Source of the DNA: a bacterium
Lineage (GTDB): Bacteria; UBA8248
Direction: 5' to 3'
Length of the DNA: 64,000 nucleotides
Assembly: GCA_965199855.1 (NCBI GenBank)
Contig: OZ241326.1
Coordinates: 1,536,001 to 1,600,000 of the forward strand
The translations under genes and the position numbers were made by a program. The notes beneath the pieces were generated by a model that ran no database searches, was not told the DNA's origin, and worked only from the letters and a program-made list of their open reading frames with translations. How positions within the stretch are numbered: position 1 is the first letter of the stretch; every line of letters starts with the position of its first letter. Below, in pieces: positions 11,741 through 19,313 of the stretch.

Positions 11741-12175
11741 GTCATTCCGGCTTTCGCCGCCATGACGATGAGGCGCGGCGAATCCGTCAGCGCGCGTCGA
11801 GTATGTTGCCACATTTCCCCCGGCCGCGCGCATTTGCCCGCATTTGCGCGGCCCGCCCGTTTTCGGAGTTCGGTATATGCTCTGGCTTCGCGCGGGGAGG
11901 GACGCCGCGCGGAGGGTTCGCCGAGGGGTTTTCCCGGAAGCGGCGGCGGAGACGGGAGGAGAAACGCGGGGGATGGGGATTCGGACACGCGCGCCGGGAC
12001 GGGGACGGGTTTGCCGGGCGTCACTCCGGCGGAGGCCGGAACCCGGTGTTTTTTTCGCCGGCTCCGCCTTGCGGCGATTCCTCCTCGTCGGGACAATTCC
12101 TCCTCCCCGTCGGGATTGACGCCGGGGTGCCGACGCGGGGCGGAGAATCCCTCGACGCGCGTCCGGTATTTCGCC
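11741..12175. repeat. dispersed palindromic/MITE-like repeat modules in the tkt-ctpA spacer
   Basis: GTCATTCCGGC..ATGAC hairpin at 11741-11766; 11762-11812 matches the reverse complement of 38830-38880; partial copy at 12140-12175; CGTCACTCCGGCGGAGGCCGGAACCC at 12019-12044; 12094-12124 matches 55182-55211. Confidence 0.75.
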
Positions 12176-12210
12176 GCCCGCGCGGGAGAACGCGAATATA
12201 TGCGAAATCA

Positions 12211-12264
12211 GACAAATTCACGACTTTTTCCGACAAATTTACAGCTTTTTTCGACAAATTCACG
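12211..12264. repeat. three tandem 21-bp-period repeats (GACAAATT core)
   Basis: GACAAATT at 12211, 12232 and 12253; the first two units end in T-runs. Confidence 0.8.
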
Positions 12265-12489
12265 CCCCTTAAAGGCACGACAGAGACCGCATTTAGCGCG
12301 ATGGTGAAAAGAAAAATCGTTTTTTTTCAGTATGTTATTGTGAATACATGAAGTCATGCCGAAAGAAATCCCCCCCGTTTTTCCGATGAAGTTCCGGCGC
12401 GGCGCATTTGCCCGCACCTGCCCGCATTCGCGGCTCCCCGCGCGTGCTTCGCCTTGGGCGGCTCCCGTCTGAAAAGCGTCTCCGCATGG

Positions 12490-12518
12490 TGGCATTTTCC
12501 GAGGCGGTGGAGTAGAAT
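12490..12518 (+). promoter_or_regulatory. sigma70-like promoter for ctpA
   Basis: TGGCAT-17 bp-TAGAAT, ~35 bp upstream of an ATG with GAGGAGG RBS. Confidence 0.5.
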
Positions 12519-12552
12519 CCCCGCGTCCAGCCGCACTGACGAGGAGGGAGAG

Positions 12553-13869
12553 ATGCCGCGAAAAATCAGGCTGTCCGGGTGGCCGGCGTGGGCGGGCGTC
12601 CTCGCCCTGCTCGTCCTGGGGCTGGCCATGGGCCCCGCCGGGAACCCCTCCGCCAGCGAGACGAGCGCGTATTCGGAGCTGCGCGCCTTCAGCGAGGTGC
12701 TCAGCCTCGTGGAGGAGAACTACGTCAACAAGACGGACGCCAGGAAGCTGATTCGGGGCGCCATCCGGGGAATGCTCCGCACGCTCGACCCCCATACGAG
12801 CTATCTGAGCCCCGAGTATTTCAAGGAGATGCAGGTGGAGACCTCGGGCCGCTTCGGCGGCCTGGGCGTGGAGATTTCGATTCGCGGCGGCGTGCTGACC
12901 GTCGTGACGCCCATCGAGGACACCCCGGCTTACAGGGTCGGCGTGCAGGCGGGCGATCGGATCGTCCGCATCGAGAAGGCCTCGACGAAGGACATGACCC
13001 TCCAGGAGGTCGTCAAGCGGCTTCGGGGCAAGCCCGGCACGAAGGTGAAGATCACGGTGACGCGCAAGGGGGAGAGCGAGCCGATCGAGTTCGAGATCAC
13101 GCGCGAGATCATCCGCGTCAGGAGCGTGCGAAGCCGGATGCTGCCGGATGAGATCGCCTACATCCGCGTTCGCAGCTTCCAGAACTCCACGGGCGGGGAG
13201 GTGGGGAGCGCCCTGTCCTCCCTCCGGGAGCGGGGGGCGAAGGCGCTGGTGCTGGACCTTCGCAACAACCCGGGCGGGCTTCTCGCCCAGGCGGTTTCGG
13301 TCTCCGACATCTTCCTGGAAGGCGGGAGCCTCATCGTGGAGACGAAGGGACGCATGACGAACCAGGCGCATCGCTTCACCTCCACGACCGGGGCGCCGGG
13401 CGGGAAGATTCCCATGGCGATTCTCGTGAACGCGGGGAGCGCCAGCGCCTCGGAAATCGTGGCGGGCGCGCTTCAGGACCTCAAAAGGGCGAAAATCATC
13501 GGGGTCAAGACGTTCGGAAAAGGCTCGGTGCAGACCGTCGTCCCGCTCTCGGACGGCTCCGGGCTGAGGCTGACGACCGCCCTCTACTACACGCCGAAGG
13601 GGAGGCTCATCCAGGGCGAGGGCATCGAGCCCGACATCGTGAGCGAGATGGAGAGAACCCCCGCCGCCGGCGCGCGCGCGCTGCGGGAGAAGGATCTGCC
13701 CGGCCACCTGCCCGGCGCCTCCGGGGAGAAGGGGAAGCCGGAGGAGGAAGGCGCGGGCGAGGCGCATGGCCCGCCCCGCGCTCCCGCCGACGAGAGGAAG
13801 GACGCCCAGCTCGAGCGCGCCGTGAAGTATCTGAAAGACTCGTTCCTCAACAAGAAGATGGGCGCCTGA
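12553..13869 (+). CDS. ctpA: carboxyl-terminal processing protease (S41A), exported
   Basis: LDPHTSYL, GRFGGLG (PDZ), LDLRNNPGGLL, SASASEIVAGALQD, TFGKGSVQ; signal peptide. Confidence 0.95.
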   Translation: MPRKIRLSGWPAWAGVLALLVLGLAMGPAGNPSASETSAYSELRAFSEVLSLVEENYVNKTDARKLIRGAIRGMLRTLDPHTSYLSPEYFKEMQVETSGRFGGLGVEISIRGGVLTVVTPIEDTPAYRVGVQAGDRIVRIEKASTKDMTLQEVVKRLRGKPGTKVKITVTRKGESEPIEFEITREIIRVRSVRSRMLPDEIAYIRVRSFQNSTGGEVGSALSSLRERGAKALVLDLRNNPGGLLAQAVSVSDIFLEGGSLIVETKGRMTNQAHRFTSTTGAPGGKIPMAILVNAGSASASEIVAGALQDLKRAKIIGVKTFGKGSVQTVVPLSDGSGLRLTTALYYTPKGRLIQGEGIEPDIVSEMERTPAAGARALREKDLPGHLPGASGEKGKPEEEGAGEAHGPPRAPADERKDAQLERAVKYLKDSFLNKKMGA

Positions 13870-14023
13870 CCCCGCCGGAGAACGGATGGGGGAGAGGCGG
13901 CGCCCGGCTCTTTTTCCCCCTGAAAACCGGGGCGGCCGCCGCCGGATCGTCCCGAATCCCGGACTCGCCGGCTTTTCCCGAATCCCGGCCGTGGCGCGCG
14001 GGGCGAACGCGGAGAGGGCTGAA

Positions 14024-15142
14024 TTGCGCATCCTGGGCGTCGAGACGAGCTGCGACGAGACGGCGGCGGCCGTTCTCGAATTCTCCGGGGACGCCGCCCC
14101 CCGGGTGCTCTCCAACGTCGTGGCCTCGCAGCATGAAATTCACGCGCGGTTCGGCGGCGTGGTTCCCGAACTGGCGGCGCGCCGCCACGTGGAGATGATC
14201 GCCCCCGTCCTGGAGGCGGCCTTCGCCGAGGCGTCGGTCGCCGGGGAGGAGGTCGATGCCGTGGCGGTTACGCGGGGGCCCGGCCTGGTGGTGGCCCTGC
14301 TGGTGGGCCTCTCCGCCGCCAAGGGGCTGGCGTGGAGCCTGGGGGTTCCGCTCATCGGCGTTCACCACCTGGACGGGCACATTCATTCCCTTTTTCTGCC
14401 CACGGAGGACGCAGGCGACGCCCCGCCCCCGTTTCCCCATCTGGGCCTCGTGGTATCGGGCGGGCATACGGACTTCTACCGCGTGGACGGGCACGACGCG
14501 GTGAGGCGGCTGGGCGGCACGCTGGACGACGCTCTGGGCGAGGCGTATGACAAGGTGGCCGCCGTCATGGGGCTGGGCTATCCGGGCGGCCCCATTGTGG
14601 ATCGCCTGCACGCGGAGTTTCTGAAAAGCGGCGGCGAAGGCCGGGCGCCGGTGGAGTTTCCCCGCCCGCTTCTGGCGGACAGGCCCTACGCCTTCAGCTT
14701 CAGCGGGCTCAAGACGGCCGTGCTGAACCACCAGAAGGAGCGGGGGCTGTATTCGGGAGATCGAAGCCTCCCCCCCTGGGCGCGCCCCCGGAAAGTGCCG
14801 GAGGAGACGGCGCGCGCGGTGGCCGCCGGGTTTCAGGAGGCGGCGGCGGAGGTCGTGGTGGAGAAGGTGAGCGCGGCGGCGCGCGAGGAGGAGTTGTCCG
14901 CCGTCTCCGTGAGCGGAGGGGTGGCGGCGAACGCGCATCTGCGCGTGCGGCTGCGCGAAAGAGCCGGAAGGGAGGGCTGGTCGCTCCATTTTCCGGCGCG
15001 CCGGTTCTGCACGGACAACGCCGCGATGATCGCCTGCGCCGGCGGCTTTCGCCTGCGGGAGGGCGGACGCGGGCGCTTCATGGATTTCGCCGATATGGAC
15101 GCCGACCCCTCCTGGGAGCTGGAAGAGGCGTCCGCCGCCTAG
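14024..15142 (+). CDS. tsaD: tRNA N6-adenosine threonylcarbamoyltransferase TsaD
   Basis: ILGVETSCDET, HARFGGVVPELAARRH, GPGL, HHLDGH, SGGHT, DDALGEAYDK, FSFSGLKT, CTDNAAMIA; TTG start inferred from RBS and conserved N-terminus. Confidence 0.95.
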   Translation: MRILGVETSCDETAAAVLEFSGDAAPRVLSNVVASQHEIHARFGGVVPELAARRHVEMIAPVLEAAFAEASVAGEEVDAVAVTRGPGLVVALLVGLSAAKGLAWSLGVPLIGVHHLDGHIHSLFLPTEDAGDAPPPFPHLGLVVSGGHTDFYRVDGHDAVRRLGGTLDDALGEAYDKVAAVMGLGYPGGPIVDRLHAEFLKSGGEGRAPVEFPRPLLADRPYAFSFSGLKTAVLNHQKERGLYSGDRSLPPWARPRKVPEETARAVAAGFQEAAAEVVVEKVSAAAREEELSAVSVSGGVAANAHLRVRLRERAGREGWSLHFPARRFCTDNAAMIACAGGFRLREGGRGRFMDFADMDADPSWELEEASAA

Positions 15143-15163
15143 CGGCCTGAGGGAGAGCGACCG

Positions 15164-16261
15164 ATGCGTCCGGAAGAAGCGGGCCCCCGCGTGGATGAGG
15201 CGCCTCCGGGCGAGGCGCCGCCTCCGCCTGAGGGCTTCGACCGCCCCCTGCGCATCGGCGGGGTGACCCTGGAGAGCCGCCTCCTGATGGCGCCCATGGC
15301 GGGCTATACGAACCTGCCCTTTCGCTCGCTGGTGAAGGCGCGCGGGGCGGGGATGGTGGCCACCGAGATGGTGAGCAGCCAGGCGCTCGCGCGGCGCCAC
15401 GCGAAAACATATGACCTGATGCGGAGCGAGGCGGCGGAAAAGCCGGTTTCCATCCAGCTCTTCGGCTCCGACCCCGTCCAGATGGGCGAGGCGGCGGCGA
15501 TGGTGGAGGAGGCGGGCGCGGACCTGGTCGATCTCAACTGCGGGTGCCCCGTGAGGAAGATAACGAAAAACCGGGCGGGCTCCGCCCTTCTCAGATACCC
15601 CGGGCGGGCGGCCGCCATCGTCTCGGCGATGGCGCGCGCCGTTCGCGTCCCCGTGACGGTGAAGATGCGCACCGGCTGGGACGCCGTGGAAAAAGATGCG
15701 GCGGAGCGCTTCGCCAGGGCGGTCGAGGACGCCGGCGCGCGCGCCATCACCGTTCACGGCAGAACCCGGCGCGCCATGTTCAGCGGCGCGGTGGACCTGG
15801 AGGCCATCGCGCGGGTGAAGCGCGCCGTTTCGATTCCCGTGATAGGAAACGGCAGCATCCTCAGTCCCCAGGACGCCATGATGATGATTCGCCGCGCGGG
15901 CGTGGACGCGCTGATGATAGGGCGCGGCGCCATCGGGAACCCGTGGATTTTCTCGCGCCTGCTGGCCTGGCTCCGAACGGGGGAGCTGCCCGCGCCGCCG
16001 GGCCTGATGGAGCGGAAGCGAATGGCGCTTCTCCACTTCAGGCGTCTGCGCGAGGCGCTGGGCGAGCGGCTCGCCGCGCTTCACTGCCGGAAGCACCTGC
16101 CGGCCTACACGAAGGGGCTTCGCGGCGGCTCGGCGCTGCGGGAGCGGGTGAACCGAGAGAGCGACGTGGACGCCGTCCTCCGCCAGGTGGAGGCGTTCTT
16201 CGACGCGCTCGCCTCCCGTCCCCGCGCGGTGGAAGACGGGCGGGGCGCCCATGCGGCTTGA
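15164..16261 (+). CDS. dusB: tRNA-dihydrouridine synthase B
   Basis: MAPMAG, TEMVS, QLFGSDP, DLNCGCP, PVTVKMR, HGRTR, IGNG, MIGRGAIGNPW. Confidence 0.92.
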   Translation: MRPEEAGPRVDEAPPGEAPPPPEGFDRPLRIGGVTLESRLLMAPMAGYTNLPFRSLVKARGAGMVATEMVSSQALARRHAKTYDLMRSEAAEKPVSIQLFGSDPVQMGEAAAMVEEAGADLVDLNCGCPVRKITKNRAGSALLRYPGRAAAIVSAMARAVRVPVTVKMRTGWDAVEKDAAERFARAVEDAGARAITVHGRTRRAMFSGAVDLEAIARVKRAVSIPVIGNGSILSPQDAMMMIRRAGVDALMIGRGAIGNPWIFSRLLAWLRTGELPAPPGLMERKRMALLHFRRLREALGERLAALHCRKHLPAYTKGLRGGSALRERVNRESDVDAVLRQVEAFFDALASRPRAVEDGRGAHAA

Positions 16262-17033
16262 GGGCAGGCGGGCGTTCATCACCGGCGGGGGGCGGGGCAT
16301 CGGCCGGGCGATCGCCCTCAGGTTCGCGGACGAGGGCGCGGATGTGGCCGTGGCGGCGCGAACCCGCGCGGAAATCGAATCGGCGGCGGCCGAGGCGGAG
16401 CGGAAGGGCGGGCGCGCGCTCGCAATCGTCTGCGACGCGGGCGATCCCCGGGAGGTCGAGGACGCGATCCGGCGCGCGGAGCGGGAGCTGGGGGGCGTGG
16501 ACGTTCTCGTCGCCAACGCGGGCGCGCTCCTCCACGCCCCGATTCAGGAGACCACGAACGCCCTCTGGGAGGAGATGATGCGCGTGAACCTGAACGGCGC
16601 GTTCTACGCCTTTCGCGCGGCGGTTCCGGGGATGATCGCCCGCGGGTGGGGCCGCCTCATCGCCGTCAGCTCGGTGTCGGGCAAGATAGGCGGGGCGAAC
16701 CGGAGCGCCTACCACGCGGCGAAGCACGGCGTGCTGGGGCTGGCGCGCTCGGTCGCCCTGGAGGTCGCGGACAAGGGGGTGACGGTGAACGCGATATGCC
16801 CCGGCTTCGTGGACACGGCGATGATCGCCGGGAGCCGGGAGGAGTTCGCCCGCTACGCCGGCGCGGGCGAGAGCGGGGAGGCGGCGATGCGGCGCGTTCG
16901 GGGCGAGGTGCCGATGCGCCGCTTTCTCGCGTCCGGGGAGGTCGCCGCCATGGCCGCCTATCTCGCCTCCGAGGAGGCGGGCGGCGTAACCGGACAGGCC
17001 TACACCATCTCCTGCGGCGCGGTGCAGGCGTAG
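16251..17033 (+). CDS. short-chain dehydrogenase/reductase
   Basis: TGGGRGIG, NAG, YHAAK catalytic motif, NAICPGFVDT. Confidence 0.93.
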   Translation: MRLEGRRAFITGGGRGIGRAIALRFADEGADVAVAARTRAEIESAAAEAERKGGRALAIVCDAGDPREVEDAIRRAERELGGVDVLVANAGALLHAPIQETTNALWEEMMRVNLNGAFYAFRAAVPGMIARGWGRLIAVSSVSGKIGGANRSAYHAAKHGVLGLARSVALEVADKGVTVNAICPGFVDTAMIAGSREEFARYAGAGESGEAAMRRVRGEVPMRRFLASGEVAAMAAYLASEEAGGVTGQAYTISCGAVQA

Positions 17034-17166
17034 GGGGGATGCCCGGCGAGGATTTTTCCGCAAAGGTCGGCGCGCTGACGCGAGGCTTCGACCCGGGGGA
17101 GGGAATGGCCGGAAAGCGGCTGAAGCATGGGGATTTGATCGCCCGAACCGGCCGGAGAGCGGTAGA

Positions 17167-18483
17167 ATGAGCGCAGACCCCGCAAATAAACTGAACGTTG
17201 CGAATCGCTCCCTGTTTCATGGCGATAACCTCCCCTTCCTTCGCGCCATCAACAGCAATTCCATTCATCTCATCGCCACCGACCCGCCCTTCAACAAGGG
17301 GCGCGATTTTCACGCCACGCCCGCGAGTCTGGCGTCCGGCGCGTCCTTTCAGGACAGGTGGTCGTGGGAGGATGACGTCCAGCAGGCATGGGTGGATCAG
17401 ATCACGGACGACCACCCGAAGCTCATGGAGGCGATAGAGAGCGCGAGATACGCCCATTCGGACGGCATGGGGGCGTATATGTGCTTCATGGCCGTCAGGC
17501 TTCTGGAGATGAAGCGGATACTCCGGGAAGACGGAAGCGTCTATCTGCATTGCGACCCTACGGCCTCGCATTACTTGAAGGCAACGATGGACGCGATTTT
17601 CGGATACAAGAATTTCAGGAACGAGATTGTTTGGTGCTATACGGGACCCGGGAACACCAAGCGTTGGTTCCCCCGCAAGCACGACACGATCCTTTCCTAT
17701 TCAAAGGGAAAAGGCGCTGTATTCAACGCGGACGCTGTGCGTGTGCCGTATGTGAAACTCGAAACAGGGAAGACATCGGGCATTTTCAAGACGGCTGCAA
17801 CCCTCTCTAAGCGAGGCAAGGTCGTTGAGGATTGGTGGGCAAACTTTTCAACCGTTGGGCGAATCGCCCGCGAACGCACGGGCTACCCCACCCAAAAGCC
17901 TCTCGCCCTCTACGAGCGCATCATCAAGGCTTCATCCAACGAAGGCGATAGCGTCCTTGATCCATTCTGCGGTTGCGCCACGACGCTGGTCGCCGCCGAG
18001 AGGCTCAATCGTCAATGGATCGGCATTGATATCTGGGACAAGGCCCATGAGACGGTCATCAGGAGACTGCAGGACGAGGGACTGGCGGCTCCCGACGGCG
18101 ACACGGGAGGACGCCTTTTCACGGCCGGGCAGATCGCGTATTCAAAGGAGCCTCCCGTCCGAACCGACGAGGGAGAGGAAGCCGTCCCGTTTCTCAGAAC
18201 GAAACTGCGCGTGGACGAACCGAAGGATCGCCGGATGAGCCGGGCGGAAATGCTGGCGTTCCTGCTGGATCAAAACGGCTCCAGATGCCAGGGGTGCGAC
18301 AGGGAATTCGACGACTCGCGCTACCTGGAGCTCGACCACAACACGCCGCGCTCCGACGGCGGACTGAACCATATCAGCAACAGGATTCTCCTGTGCGGCC
18401 CCTGCAACAAGCTCAAAAGCAACCGGTTCACCCTGTCGGGCCTGCGCCGCGAGAACAAGAAACTCGGCTACATGGCCGGGTAG
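17167..18483 (+). CDS. beta-class N4/N6 DNA methyltransferase fused to a C-terminal HNH endonuclease
   Basis: Motif IV DPPF precedes motif I (DPFCGCATT), with YPTQKP between them; C-terminal CQGC..LELDH..P..DGG.NHISN..LLCGPCNKLK. Confidence 0.9.
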   Translation: MSADPANKLNVANRSLFHGDNLPFLRAINSNSIHLIATDPPFNKGRDFHATPASLASGASFQDRWSWEDDVQQAWVDQITDDHPKLMEAIESARYAHSDGMGAYMCFMAVRLLEMKRILREDGSVYLHCDPTASHYLKATMDAIFGYKNFRNEIVWCYTGPGNTKRWFPRKHDTILSYSKGKGAVFNADAVRVPYVKLETGKTSGIFKTAATLSKRGKVVEDWWANFSTVGRIARERTGYPTQKPLALYERIIKASSNEGDSVLDPFCGCATTLVAAERLNRQWIGIDIWDKAHETVIRRLQDEGLAAPDGDTGGRLFTAGQIAYSKEPPVRTDEGEEAVPFLRTKLRVDEPKDRRMSRAEMLAFLLDQNGSRCQGCDREFDDSRYLELDHNTPRSDGGLNHISNRILLCGPCNKLKSNRFTLSGLRRENKKLGYMAG

Positions 18484-18496
18484 GGGGGAGGACAAC

Positions 18497-19036
18497 ATGG
18501 GGTGCGTCGTGGATTACATCGCGGGCATCGCGGACTTCATCAAGAACTCTTTTGTGATTCTGTCGGTGGGGGCGTTCGTCCTCTATGTTCATTCGCGGGG
18601 ATGGCGTGTCTGCTGGCACAAGTTCGTGAGGGCTGGGATTCTTGGGAAAGACCAGAGGCATAGGGTTGAAATCGGAAATGTTGGCCCCCGTTGGGATGTG
18701 CTTCAGGATGCGATCGAAGGTAAAAATTGGGTTTCGGCTCAAATCAAGCGTGAAAATGGTGAAAATGCCATGCTACTTGAGGAAAGCCTCCAGATGTTCA
18801 TTCTCAATCAAACTACCGTTCAAAATAGCGACTATCTGGATATCCTGACAGATCGGGAAGTTAGTAAAAAAAAACTGTTTCGCAGTGGTGGTGAGGGGTC
18901 CAGAGGGATTTTGAAAGTATATTTTCATCCTACCTTGGACAAATTTGTTTTCACAGTGCGCGGAGAGCATTGCTGGCACTACATCCGCACGCCTTCCCTT
19001 ATCGCCAAGCTGTTTGGAGAGGAGCCGAAGCCATGA
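18497..19036 (+). CDS. hypothetical protein with N-terminal membrane anchor
   Basis: 179-aa ORF in a visibly AT-richer stretch, GGAGG RBS, hydrophobic SFVILSVGAFVLYV; stop overlaps the next ATG. Confidence 0.65.
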   Translation: MGCVVDYIAGIADFIKNSFVILSVGAFVLYVHSRGWRVCWHKFVRAGILGKDQRHRVEIGNVGPRWDVLQDAIEGKNWVSAQIKRENGENAMLLEESLQMFILNQTTVQNSDYLDILTDREVSKKKLFRSGGEGSRGILKVYFHPTLDKFVFTVRGEHCWHYIRTPSLIAKLFGEEPKP

Positions 19037-19239
19037 CCCTCACCACCATCTTCACCGTCATCGTTGTATTTTTGCTTTCCGTGTTCGTTCTTTTGACGCT
19101 GGCTGATCTTGTGATGCTGGCGATTGACCATTGGAAGGAGAGGGAAAAACCGATGAAGAAGTTTGCTTTGGCGGTTGCGGTGGTGGTTTCCCTCTGTCTC
19201 GCCGGCCCCGCTTGGGGAAGCGGTGAGACTGTCCAGTAG
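19033..19239 (+). CDS. small membrane protein or fused gene remnants
   Basis: ATGA overlap with the previous ORF; TM segment IFTVIVVFLLSVFVLLTL followed by an internal signal-peptide-like MKKFALAVAVVVSLCLAGPAWG. Confidence 0.4.
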   Translation: MTLTTIFTVIVVFLLSVFVLLTLADLVMLAIDHWKEREKPMKKFALAVAVVVSLCLAGPAWGSGETVQ

Positions 19240-19313
19240 ATGGAGCGGCGGGCGAAGCAGAATGATGGGGCATGACCGCGCCTACCCGGCCGGGCGGCTC
19301 TCCGGGGATTCGT

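Noticed and set aside
11698-12351. ORFs in the tkt-ctpA spacer
   Set aside because: No recognisable domains or RBS, and they run through non-coding repeat modules
12200-12360. oriC or dif site
   Set aside because: No TTATCCACA-like DnaA boxes; TATGTTA resembles part of a XerD arm but there is no XerC arm at the correct spacing
12465-12476. CCCGTCTGAAAA resembling the Neisseria DNA uptake sequence
   Set aside because: Imperfect match and not abundant in the window
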